NCBI RefSeq assembly: GCF_000143415.4
Contig: NW_003314436.1
Coordinates: forward strand, 1 to 64,000
Reading direction: 5' to 3'
Origin: Selaginella moellendorffii
Lineage: Eukaryota; Plantae; Lycopodiophyta
DNA length: 64,000 bases
Below are positions 38,830 to 49,630 of this stretch, piece by piece. A program made the translations under genes and the position numbers. The notes beneath the pieces are model-generated. The model did no database searches and was not told the DNA's origin. It worked only from the letters and a program-made list of their open reading frames with translations. Numbering within the stretch: the first letter of the stretch is position 1; each line of letters begins with the position of its first letter.

Positions 38830-41403
38830 TCAATCGTTGCTTTGGTCACTTTCGTCGTCCGAAAAGCTTCCACCGTTTTCCAGGTGAGGCTTGTCTTCGT
38901 CCATTCTTTCTTCTTCTCCTTCCTCGTCCTCGTCTTCCTCTTCGTCAGCCATTGCGTCCTCCACCTCTTGATCACTGTCTTCTTCTTCATCTTCTTCGTA
39001 AACAGCGGTAGCCACCTCCGTTTGCTCGACGCTCTTGGATGTCTCGTTTGCCTTGATCTGAAACAAAACAGGATGAGCATGAAAAGCGACTGTGTCCGCT
39101 TTTACCTTGGCCACGATCAGATCCAGCCTTCCAGACAATGCGAGCAAAGGTCTGAATATGTGAAGACGAGACTCCACAACCTGGAACATGTTCGTCTCTC
39201 TCAGGCTTGAATAGAAAATGTAAAAAGCTCATGACTTGCCTGATAGAGAGATTTCAGGACAGGTTGGATGGCAATGTTGGACATAATATAACTTGCATGT
39301 TCTAGCAGCGTTATCCGGATCCATGGCAGTAACTGCAATCCTCGCCGTGGACTACACACACACACACACATTGAAATTACGATAAACACCAAGGAAAACA
39401 ACGAAAGGGAAACTTGTTTTACCTTTCTTCAAGCCTCGAAATTGCGAGTCTCAAAAGAGTGCAGGCATCCTTTGGACTCAAGGACCTGACGGTGTTCGTA
39501 ATCACCTACAAAGTTTCAATGATCAAACCGTTTGAAACAAAGCATTTGAAAAACTTAAAAGTTCACCTTCGTATCCGAAACACACAGGCACTGCTCGATC
39601 AGACTCTTGTCGTCCGATCGCATTGCCTGCGTGAAGAGAACCTCCAGAGAATCCGACTTTGGAGGCACCACTTCCGCGTTCTCAAACGCATTTCCCTCGG
39701 TGCGTTTGTCTTCTACCAGTCCCAAAGCCATGAGACGTTCTTCCATTGTTTGCTCGTCCTTGTCTTCTTCCATTGGAGTGGCTCCATCGGCTTTATCCTC
39801 TAGAGCGGCAAATATGTATGAACTTCCTGGACTTTCACTTCTGAAAACTCTCACCTTCCATACCTTGACTTGGTTCGGCTTCTGAAGCCACATTTGCTTC
39901 GCGCCTCTTTCGTTTCTTCACGTCGCCAGCTTCAATTCGAGGCTTAGGAAGGCTTGCGTCGGCTGCATTGTCTGCTCCCAACACAGTCACTGCTGAAAAA
40001 TCGACAAAACTTATGAAAAACCAGTAATGTAAATAAGAACACGAAAAGAAGATCCTACCATCATCGCCACCACGCTTGATCGTCGGTTCGGACTGCGAGA
40101 GTAACAGATTTCCCTGCTCCGATGGAGGCAGAACAATGACGCCTTCTTCAGGCAGTGCCACCGTCTCAAAACTCGGCCTCACAGTCGTACCCCGTGCAAC
40201 CACGACAGAGCCAGCTCCCACAAGCCGTCCAAGAAGAATGCTTTGTTTCGACGCTTTTCCCGAGTTCTTGGAGCCGACACGAACTCGCACGGGCTCGGCC
40301 TTCCCGAGCTCTTCCAAGCTCAGACCGCTCCATATGTAAGCCTCGCCTGTTTCTGAGACTGCCAGTATTTTCCTTTCCGTGCAATCCTTTTCGAAACCCC
40401 ACGAATCTAGAGCAACAGCGGGATGCTCCATCGCCAGAGTCACTTTGGCTTCCTTCCCAACTTCGTTAGTGTCCCAAACTGCGATGTTTCTTTCACCAAC
40501 AGCAGCCGAAAGTACGTATCTTCCGTCCTCGGTAAACACAGTAACATTCACAGAAGACTGAAAAAAACAGAAGAAAAAAGAAAGAGATCGTAATGTGCCA
40601 GGATAGAAATCAATATAACAATACTCACAGCATGCCCAGTAAACTTTCGTAACCTCTTCCTGGTTCTCATATCAAATAGTCTCAGCTCGTTGGCCGCGAC
40701 AAGCAACAGCGAAGCATCTGCAAGAACACTTATTTACAGAACAAGGCTTTTGCTTCACGAAAGCACACACCTGGCGACGACGATATACTCGTGATTGAAC
40801 TTTTCGAGCACTGCAACGTGCTCAAAATCTTTCCAGAGGCTACCTCGAGCTCGCAGACAATGCCATCTATCCCAGCACTGAACAAAGATCCTTGGTTCTT
40901 CGCGAAGCACACGGAGGTTACTCCACTGGAATAGTTGCTCAAAACCAAGCTAAACTCGAAAAAAAAATTTAAAAAATGGGAGTCGCTTACCCGGTGTTGC
41001 AATCGTTTGTCCTCCATGTGAGCTCTCCGAGAATGGGATCCCAGGCCAGGACGTCTCCACCTCCAGTTCCTAGAACAATCAAAGACGCCTTCTTCTTTTT
41101 CTAACACACAAACAAAGGATGAAGAAGCCTCCTGTGCCTTGCGAAATAGGCAAACCTTCTTGCTGGAAACACCCCATGCTAGAGTTTTGTAGTTGAGAGC
41201 CAAATGCCCGTCAAGAGCTTGAGAAGAACTCGCTGCTATCCCGCTAAATTCCGCGCAAACATGACCACTGGCAACATCCCATGTCTGTAGATCAAATATT
41301 TTGAATCAATAACACTGAAATCTAGAAGAAGAACCTTCAATCGTCCATCGCCAGCGCCGATAGCAAACTGATCTCCTCGCGGACTGAACGCCGCTAGAAC
41401 CAT
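38830..41403 (-). CDS. WDR43: WDR43/UTP5-like WD40 + Utp12-domain ribosome biogenesis factor (multi-exon)
   Basis: AFSPRGDQFAIGAGDGRLK, KFTGHA, SLEVLFTQAMRSDDKSLIEQCL, LLPWIRITLLEHASY, LLALSGRLDLI and an acidic tail. Confidence 0.88.
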
Positions 41404-41736
41404 CGCCAGAGGAGAAATGGGGCGCTTTAGGGCTTAGGGTTTTATTAACTTAAAGAATATTCTTCCATCTTTCTAACATCAAGGGGGAAAGGAATGATCA
41501 AACCCTACGTGGCATATACTACGAAGATTCGTCTCATCACAGGACGCGGGTAAAATAGACTAAAGCTCCGGTTAGAGAAGAATCAAACAGCGCAAGTTTT
41601 GCGTCTTATGTGAATTGAAAGATTTTTTCGCGATTTGTCATTAGCAATGGGATTTTACCAGAATCTGGAAAAAGAAAAAAAGATAAAAAAGGTAAAACTT
41701 AGGGTAAAACGTGTATGGGCGCATTTCCTTGGTACG

Positions 41737-43116
41737 ATGAAAAGAAGAGTGGATCCACCGCTTGACACGAGCAAGGTATGGGCTGCTACTGTCTTACAGC
41801 CGTTTCCATTCTCCGTGTTGGAGCTGGACGGCTTGCGGAGAGCTCTCTCACACATCTTACCATTGGCGCTGCCCCTTGGCTCTGCAACTTTCGCACAGCT
41901 CGCCGATGATGATGAGATCGCTGCTGCCGGCTTCGCTCCAAACAGCCCGGCGGAGAGCATCGTGTCTCTCACGACAGCGTTCATGGGATCCAGCGCCGAG
42001 ATGGACGAGTCCGGGAAGCTCCTCGAGTCTGCCTGGGACCAAGCCTTCTGCAACCTGTGGATGAAGCTGCTCAAGCTTGCTGGGATAACGACTGTCGAGT
42101 TCAATCGCAGCATCGTGATGGACTCTTTGGATGGTAGCACTCGCGCCGATCCGATGCTGTGGAGTGGAAACCGCCTGTGTGCTAAGTTCGAGGAGAGGCG
42201 GCAGTTCTTGCAGGATGCGCAAGAGAAGTTAGAGGAGAAGGTCGTCAACTTGGAGCCGCGGTTCTACGGGCCAGTGCCGTGGATCATCGGGGTGGCTCTG
42301 GCAGGCCAGGAGATGGCAGCGTGGGCGATGATACGGGGATCAAAGATGCAATCGCAAGTTCTTGTGGGGCCTTTGAAACTGACGTCGATGCGGGACAAGT
42401 TTACTTGCTTGCGCTTCTCCATCAATCTCCTCCGGGTTGCGCTCACGCTCAAGGACGTCGTCTCCTCCAGCTTTGTGGATCGTCCAAGGCCGTTCCGGAC
42501 GCTCCCGCCAGCGTTCTATGGAGCTGCGGACCAGATCGAGAGAACGCTCTGGCTCGACAATGGTATGGCGATCAAGGAGATCTGTCCCTGGACGCTGCAT
42601 GTCAGTGAAGGATTCACGACAATGGAGTTTGTGAGGAAAGCTTACGGGCTCCAAGCAGAGGGTATAGTTCCTGGCGAGCCGATGCTCATGAGGGACAGGT
42701 ACAGAGTGACCATGAAGGCCGTGGAGTGTGAGCCGCCTGTTTGTACCGAAGCGGAACTTCTCAGTGCTGTTCTATGGATTCTTCGCGGCCTGGAGAAGTT
42801 GCATGAAGCGGGGCTGGTCCATCGGGATGTGAGGTGGGAGAATGTTGCCAGGAGCGGTGGTGGCTACGTCTTGATCGACTTGGAGACTGTGTGGGAAGCT
42901 GGTGACGAGCCCGAGTGTTCGCTTCTGGTTTGGGGTGAAGAGACGCTTGTAGGTGATAAGTACACGGAGCAATCTGATCTGTATCTTGTTGGTAAGATGA
43001 TGTATGTTGTGGAAAAACTCTCCCCGGCAACTCAAGAGTTCCAGTCCAGGCTGCTGGGCTATGAGTTTGCATCAGCCAGAACTGCTATTGAGAACCTCAT
43101 TGCTCTTCAGAACTGA
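41737..43116 (+). CDS. Crinkler (CRN)-like protein: restriction-endonuclease-fold domain plus atypical Ser/Thr kinase; intronless (copy 1)
   Basis: RADPMLW...KFEERR...LEEKV...FYGPVPWIIGVALAG resembles the CRN RPDF...GEEK...L..K...YG..PY...YA.AG block. Kinase motifs MAIKE, LHEAGLVHRDVRWENV, LIDLE, SDLYLVG. An upstream in-frame ATG also exists at 41647. Confidence 0.75.
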   Translation: MKRRVDPPLDTSKVWAATVLQPFPFSVLELDGLRRALSHILPLALPLGSATFAQLADDDEIAAAGFAPNSPAESIVSLTTAFMGSSAEMDESGKLLESAWDQAFCNLWMKLLKLAGITTVEFNRSIVMDSLDGSTRADPMLWSGNRLCAKFEERRQFLQDAQEKLEEKVVNLEPRFYGPVPWIIGVALAGQEMAAWAMIRGSKMQSQVLVGPLKLTSMRDKFTCLRFSINLLRVALTLKDVVSSSFVDRPRPFRTLPPAFYGAADQIERTLWLDNGMAIKEICPWTLHVSEGFTTMEFVRKAYGLQAEGIVPGEPMLMRDRYRVTMKAVECEPPVCTEAELLSAVLWILRGLEKLHEAGLVHRDVRWENVARSGGGYVLIDLETVWEAGDEPECSLLVWGEETLVGDKYTEQSDLYLVGKMMYVVEKLSPATQEFQSRLLGYEFASARTAIENLIALQN

Positions 43117-43199
43117 AGAGCTTGGAGGACGAATGTTCGTGTTTGTTTTTGGATGCCCCTGCTGGAAACACCGGCATGAAGTGAGAGATTTTACAATAT

Positions 43200-44900
43200 C
43201 TAGTTTAGCAAAGGAAGTTTTTTACTCAAAAATACTATTAAATCTTAAAGGAAAGTTATGGTTTAAGTCATTAGTGATTGAATCTGTATATTTTTATCAC
43301 TATATAAAACAATATTTTATCAAAACAATATTTTGAAATTTTGCAAATAAATAAAAAACTTTAAGCTATAAACTAAACATATTTTAAAAGCTAAGCACCA
43401 TAAATTTAAATAAAAAATTATAAAAATTATATTACAAATAAATATATTGTGGATTTATTACAAATTTGGTTGTTTAAGTATCAGATATTAGAATTTTTTA
43501 AAGTAACTAATTTTCACAACATATTTTTTAATTGATGTATTTCAATGTTCAACTAAAAGATATTAAAAAAAGAGATAATCATGCATATTTTTAAATAAAA
43601 AATTTAAGAAAATAGTCATTTCTATCTTTTAAATATAAGTATAATATGGAAATAACTAAATAAAATTAGTTTAAAAGTTTATTAGTATATATATATATAT
43701 ATATATTTATATATTTATATTTATGTATTTTTATGGCTAAAGCTAAACTTCAATATCTATTTAATGTTAATTGATGTGATGATAATTGGACAAAAGTAAG
43801 AGTTAGTTTCAAATATATGAACTTTAACAAAGGAAAATTTACCTTTTCTTTAATAAATTAAACAAAATAAAAGAAATAAAACTTCTTTCAAACTCATACT
43901 CAAATTTGAATTTAGTTTCAATAATAAAACTTATTTCCTATGTTATACAATGTGTTACTTTTTCTTGTGTCCCTTTTTAGTGAAATTTAATTTAATTTTT
44001 GTTTCTTTCTATCATAGACATTAATGTGTATTATGAATTTTTATAAATGAAGAAAGAAGATTTTTATATAGGTTACTAAACATAATTTTTATTGAAAATC
44101 TTGAATTTAATCTTTAATTCTGAACCCTAATAAAAAATAAATTAAAAATTAATAAAGATTATACTTACTTGAGTAAATTGAGGTCTTAAAATTAGAAAAA
44201 TTATAATATTTACTATGTTTTTATCGGTGTTTGTTTTCCATTTGCTAAAAAATGAAATAGCAAGTGTTTAGTTCAACAAGCCTAGAAAATATGAAAGAAC
44301 TAATTTATTAAATTAAATTAAGAACTCATAATAACCGATATTTTCTTTATTATTTATCTTGATTATAAAATAAATTAAAAGAAAAAATTATCCTGGAATA
44401 TATAAATAATATAGTTTAACTTCTTATATCTAATCTTTTTTCGTTGATATTTGATTACTAAAAAATTAGAATCAATAAATATATTTAGTTAAAATATATA
44501 AATTTTAGCAAAATTTATAATAATAATATGATACTAGTTTTAGTGATATTATTTGTAGTCCTTTATAAATTATAAAGTAACTTTAAATGTATCAATCAAT
44601 GTTTATACTTTTTTGTGATTCAATAACAGTTTGATTGAGAATTGCATTTTGTTTGCAATCGCTTCATTTGAGGAGACAAGATGTATTTTCTCGTTTTTTT
44701 TCGTGATGTTTGCTTGGAATAATGTTATTTTAAAGTTTGTTAAGCTATTCACTTTTTTTGCATTTAAAGTTTCAAGTTTTTTCTCATCATTGTCACATAC
44801 ACATAATTATGTATTTATTTATTTTATAAATATAATTAATATTTTATTATCAATTTTTTTAAAAAAATCTTTATATTTTTATTATTTTTAATAAATATTT
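43200..44900 (-). pseudogene. Extremely AT-rich spacer containing an eroded multi-exon gene relic (homologous to 46830-48000 and 59280-60650)
   Basis: Three diverged copies. Minus strand keeps GTAAGT/TTAG splice signals and a broken frame (...IKLPLNHKKLEILIDTFK in the 47.3 kb copy). Identity unknown. Confidence 0.45.
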
Positions 44901-44928
44901 TCTCGCGATTCTGAGCTGTGTTCCTGTG

Positions 44929-45337
44929 ATGCAGTCTCTCTCGATCGGGATAGGGCACTTGCTTTTCTACCTTAGGCTAGGAATGGGGCAGACTTGCAGC
45001 GTTACCGAGTTTTTCCAGCCTCCCAAGAGGGTGAAGGTGGGATCGGAGGACCGAGCACAGGTTTTTCATACTGCTGCCGCTACTGTGGATGGAGAGGATG
45101 GGTCTGGATTCTTGTTTCGTCATCTCAGCGATGAGGAGCTCGCTCGATCAGAGTCCAGCTCCGAAGCACCTATCTTCCTACTCGTTCAAGACAGCTCTTT
45201 CAGTGGAAGAAAATGCCGAAAGAGAACAAGGTCCGAGCAAAGACGAGAAGATCCGAGTGGAAACTTCAGTGGAGGAGCACACGGAAGTTTCAACGCTAAG
45301 CAAAGAGCAAAAGATGCGAGTGGACATGAACAAGTCT
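44929..45337 (+). pseudogene. UNG: UNG 5' fragment (internal deletion derivative of the 49.6 kb copy)
   Basis: Near-identical to 49631-50049 but frameshifted, then jumps straight to sequence matching about 50956 onward. Confidence 0.85.
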
Positions 45338-45515
45338 ACAAGAAACAGAAGAAACAAATGTATATAGCTATGTTTAATATTAAACTCATAATAGTCCCTT
45401 CTGGTTTAGTGAAAAGGCTCATCAAAACTTTTAAAAGGATGATCAAACATGAATATATATAGTCAGCATTCCTTGTCGGTGAAGTGTGAAAAGGGTTTTG
45501 ACCCAATCCTAGGGC

Positions 45516-46007
45516 ATGGCGAGATGGATGCTGGTATTGGACCTAGATCAGACGCTCGTCAGTGTGGCTGATCACGATGAAGAAACTTTGCTCCGGTGCG
45601 TGACAAAACGACCAGGTTTGGACAGGTTCCTCAAGGATATGTCCCAGGTTTACGAGATTGTAATCTTCAGTGCTTCGGGTGCGTCATACGTGAAGAAGAT
45701 TGTGAGTAGCTTAGATCCCACCGGGGAAATATTTTCTGCCGTGTTCACCGGGAGCGACACGGATTGGTTGAGCGGCCAAAGGGTGAAGGATTTGCGAAAA
45801 CTAAACAGGGACAAAATCGTGTGGATCGATGACAACGCGAGCTTGTACCCCTACAATCCCAAAAATGGCATCCAAGTCCCACCCTTTCACGGTGATCCCA
45901 ATGATTCTATCCTTGGGGCCTTGACTCCCCTTTTACTAGAGGTGGCATTGGGCCAAATCAGTGTTGAGAATGCAAGCGAACTATTTGTTCGTGCAAGAAA
46001 TAAATAG
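45516..46007 (+). CDS. Minimal FCP1/SCP (NIF) HAD-family phosphatase, intronless (copy 1)
   Basis: LVLDLDQTLV (DxDxT), KRPGLDRFL, YEIVIFSAS, LDP, VKDLRKLNRD, WIDDN, F.GDPND. Confidence 0.88.
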   Translation: MARWMLVLDLDQTLVSVADHDEETLLRCVTKRPGLDRFLKDMSQVYEIVIFSASGASYVKKIVSSLDPTGEIFSAVFTGSDTDWLSGQRVKDLRKLNRDKIVWIDDNASLYPYNPKNGIQVPPFHGDPNDSILGALTPLLLEVALGQISVENASELFVRARNK

Positions 46008-46058
46008 AAATCCCCAGTGCTTGGGGTTCTTTATTCTTTCGAACGAGTCGGTGCCACA

Positions 46059-46828
46059 ATGGAGACTTCCGCCGTGTGCCGTGATCGCCAAGGTGATTGG
46101 CTTAAGCCCTCGGTACCTTTTCTTCTTCGATCCATTCGCTCCTCCAAGCAAGGTATAGCTCCATTGGTTCCAGCCCCGCTTGCTCCATTTTGCATTGAAG
46201 ATCTCTTGTTTGAACTCCACGGCATTCTCATGAACCGGTCTACGGTCCCTCGGGATTTGTTGGAGGTGGATGCCCGGGGTTTGTACGAAGGCATCGAGCG
46301 CTGCAAAGGTCTGGTTTTGCCTCTTTTTCTTGTCTCTCTTTTCTTATGCTTGTCTTGCAGAATTCAAGGGTGCTCCTCTTCCTGTGAAATCTGTTCGTCT
46401 TCTCGAGCTGCTGCTGCCTTTGGTGAGGCCAAGGTCGGCAGCAGAAGACGCAGTGGTCGTGATCACAAAGGACTCAAACGTGCGGTACACGCAGGAGGTC
46501 CTACGCTGCTACTATCACCCCGTGAAGCTCGTGGGGAGTCTTCCAGACCACGAGTGGATGTTCAGGCGCTTGGATGTCCTTGTTGCGAGTCCTGAGGACA
46601 TTTGCAAGCTCCGTGCTCGCGGTGAGATCACGGATGCCTGCTTACTTGCTGTCGTTCTGATTGACGACGACAACCCGGAGTTCTTTACACAGGTTCACGT
46701 TACCGTATGGTGTGCTATTCTAGTGCTGACTGAAGTGCACCATGCAGGTTCTTGCCGTGCTCGAGTGTTTCTCCTTCGTCTTGAGCCTTCCGTTGGTGTT
46801 GCGGCCACCTGTTCTCAGGTTTGTTTCA
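46059..46828 (+). pseudogene. 3'-truncated copy of the orphan gene with a degenerate DEAD-box-like domain
   Basis: Near-identical to about 51890-52640, then breaks into the AT-rich spacer. Confidence 0.6.
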
Positions 46829-48135
46829 TGATAGGTTATTAAATATAATTATTATTGAAAATCTTGAATTGAATCTTTAATTTTGAACCTTAATAAAAAA
46901 TAAGTTAAATATTAATACTTACTTGAGGGAATTGAGGTTTTAAAATTAGCAAAAATTATAATATTTACTAAAAAAATATTTAAAAAATAATTTATTAATT
47001 TAAATTAAGAACTCATGATGACCCATTTTTTATTTATTGTTTATCCTGATTATAGAAGTCTATTATTTTATGTATATTAAAAGAAAAATTGATCCTAGAA
47101 TATATAAATAATATAGCATAACTTCTTATATATAATATTTTTGTTGATATTTGATTATTCAAAAATTAGAATCAATAATAATATTTAGTTAAAATATATA
47201 AAGTTTAGCAAAATTTATAGTAATGATATGATACTAGTTTTAGTGATATTATTTGTAATCATTTATAAGTTATAAAATAACTTTAAATGTATCAATCAAT
47301 ATTTCTAATTTTTTGTGATTCAATGGCAATTTGATCGAAGATTTCATTTTTTCTGCAGTTGCTTCATCTGAGGAGACAAAATATATTTTCTCATTCTCCT
47401 TCCTAATATTTGTTTGAAATGATATTACTTTAAAATTTGTTAAATTATTCATTTTATTTATATTTTAAGTTCCAAGCTTTTTTTCATCATTGTCATATAC
47501 ACATAATTATGTGTTTATTTAGTTTACAAATATAATTAATATTTTATTATCAAGTTTTAATAAAACTTATATTTTTATTATTTTTTATAAATATTTTCTA
47601 GAATAAACTTCAAATATACATAACTACATTGAATTTGAAATTTTATAGAAATTTTGTAATTTAACATGTTAAATATAATTCACATTGAAAACTAATATTT
47701 AAGTACTAATACAAATAATCACTCTATAGAGCCATAATACCAAAGACATTAATCTTCCTATAATATAAGTGACATTTAATTTTTATTGCATCTATTATAA
47801 TATAAACCCATGCTAAGTCAGATAAATATATTTTTTTATAAAATCAAGTTTTATGTTCTCAAAATAATAGAAGCATACTTTCAATTTTGATATTGCTTCA
47901 AATTTATTCTTGTTGATATAATGTAATCTGTTTTTCCTGAAACTTTTCTGAATGTAGATTAATAGTAGAAATAAACTTTTTTAGTTTATTGAGTAGTTTT
48001 GTTTCCATACTCAAGAGGAACACTCGCCCATTGTGATCTTTTGCAGCTCACTTGAGCAAAGACAAATTGCGAAAAAATATTTCTGTGCCACGGAATTATT
48101 CACATAGCGACGTAAAACTCGATTGGAGCTTTAGT

Positions 48136-49312
48136 CTATTTTACCGGCGTCGATGATTCCTCCTTGGGTTCCGGTGAGGCGGAATGTAGGGCCCTGGAGC
48201 TGGAGCTGGCAAAACATTTTTTGAAGGTAAAGTAGTTACTCTCCACGTACTTACCATCGATGAAGCCCAGTGGCGAACGGTCTTTGAAGCAATACAGTCG
48301 GTACTCGTACCCGAGTTTATCGAGCTGCCTCTTTACTCCGCGAGAGAGGAGAAGGCAAGCAGGACCAAGACCAAGATCGCGCATCATCTGGAAAACCGCA
48401 TGGAAGGCGATGAGTTCAAGCAACAAATGTATTTGACCAACCTCTTTTTTCTTCCCGACGACGACAAACGCGTCCACAGGCTTGGAAACCTTTGCAGCTA
48501 AGTAGGCCGCCCGAGTCTGTTGTGTAAGTGCGTCATAGTTGTGCAGCAACTCATCGGAGGCAACGTAGAGGAAGAGATCGACGTGGGAGGGGGTCGAGCC
48601 TCTCGGAATGGGATATCGATCATCCCGTTTGAGAACCATCGCTGGCCGCTGCTCTCCGAGAATGTCGATGAGATCGCGTTGAGCTCCTTCGGCCATGTCT
48701 ACCAGGATGGTCTTCCCAGTGATGATAAACGGGCAAGGAAGTTCTAAGGTGGAAAAGAATATGGAAGGTTGAATAATCGGAAAGATTAGATTTACCTCTC
48801 TCGATCGAGACATGCTGGATCACACTAAAGAGCGGGTCGATCATCCAATTCGGAACTAAACACGTAATAGGAAGTAAGAGGTCCTCATTCCGGCAAGAAA
48901 GAAAAGCTAGTATTACCGACAGAATTGAGGAGGAAGATCGTGGATGCCATTGAGCTGCAGATAGCCGCTGGAAAGAATGTGATCGATCGATCAAAGACGC
49001 AATATTTCGCCATCATCAAGGAAGAATTCGAGAATACGTACCAAGAACTGCCATAGAAGCCCTGTCCGTGAGGAAATATGCCATCGCCAGGGTCTCCAAG
49101 GGGATTCCGACGCTCTCCCGCCAGGAAATCTTAATCTTGGTGTAGAGCAAGATCGCTGTGGGACAGAGAATGCCGAGAACGGGCAGGCCACACGGCATCG
49201 CCGCCAAGTCGCCGACCTGGAAGAGCGCCACGATCGTAGAGCTGATGATGAAGAGCGCGATCCCTAATGCCGCCAAAGCGCCGAACTTGGAGAAGAGCGC
49301 CATCGCCGCCAT
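48136..49312 (-). CDS. Orphan protein: N-terminal hydrophobic/TM segments plus soluble C-terminal domain (copy 1; exon model uncertain)
   Basis: GC-rich open frames with GT-AG junctions. Frame conserved in the second copy, where indels are multiples of 3. Confidence 0.55.
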
Positions 49313-49630
49313 GCGCTATTCCTTCCCACAAAGTGTTAAGGGCAAACGCAATGGCGGGCTGTTCAAAATATAGAAACGAATCTTCGCAGTATATACCATG
49401 TAGGGTTTAATCATTCCTTTTCCCCTTGCCTGGACGATAAAGTTATTTCCTAGGGCTCGTATTCTCAATGGCGGGAAGAGAGGCCCTAGCTAGCTAGGGC
49501 GCGCGGGAGCACGAACCGATCCATCCAGGTCTGCTAGGAATCCCCTGCTTGTGCGCCTGCCTCATTCATGTTCTTCCCAGTTCTAGCATCGGAGTAGTGC
49601 ATTCTCGCGATTTTGAGCTGTGTTCCTGTG

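Noticed and set aside
41480-49430. Bona fide DNA transposon with TIRs
   Set aside because: The inverted homology is real, but no target-site duplication or transposase was found, so it is kept only as a finding.
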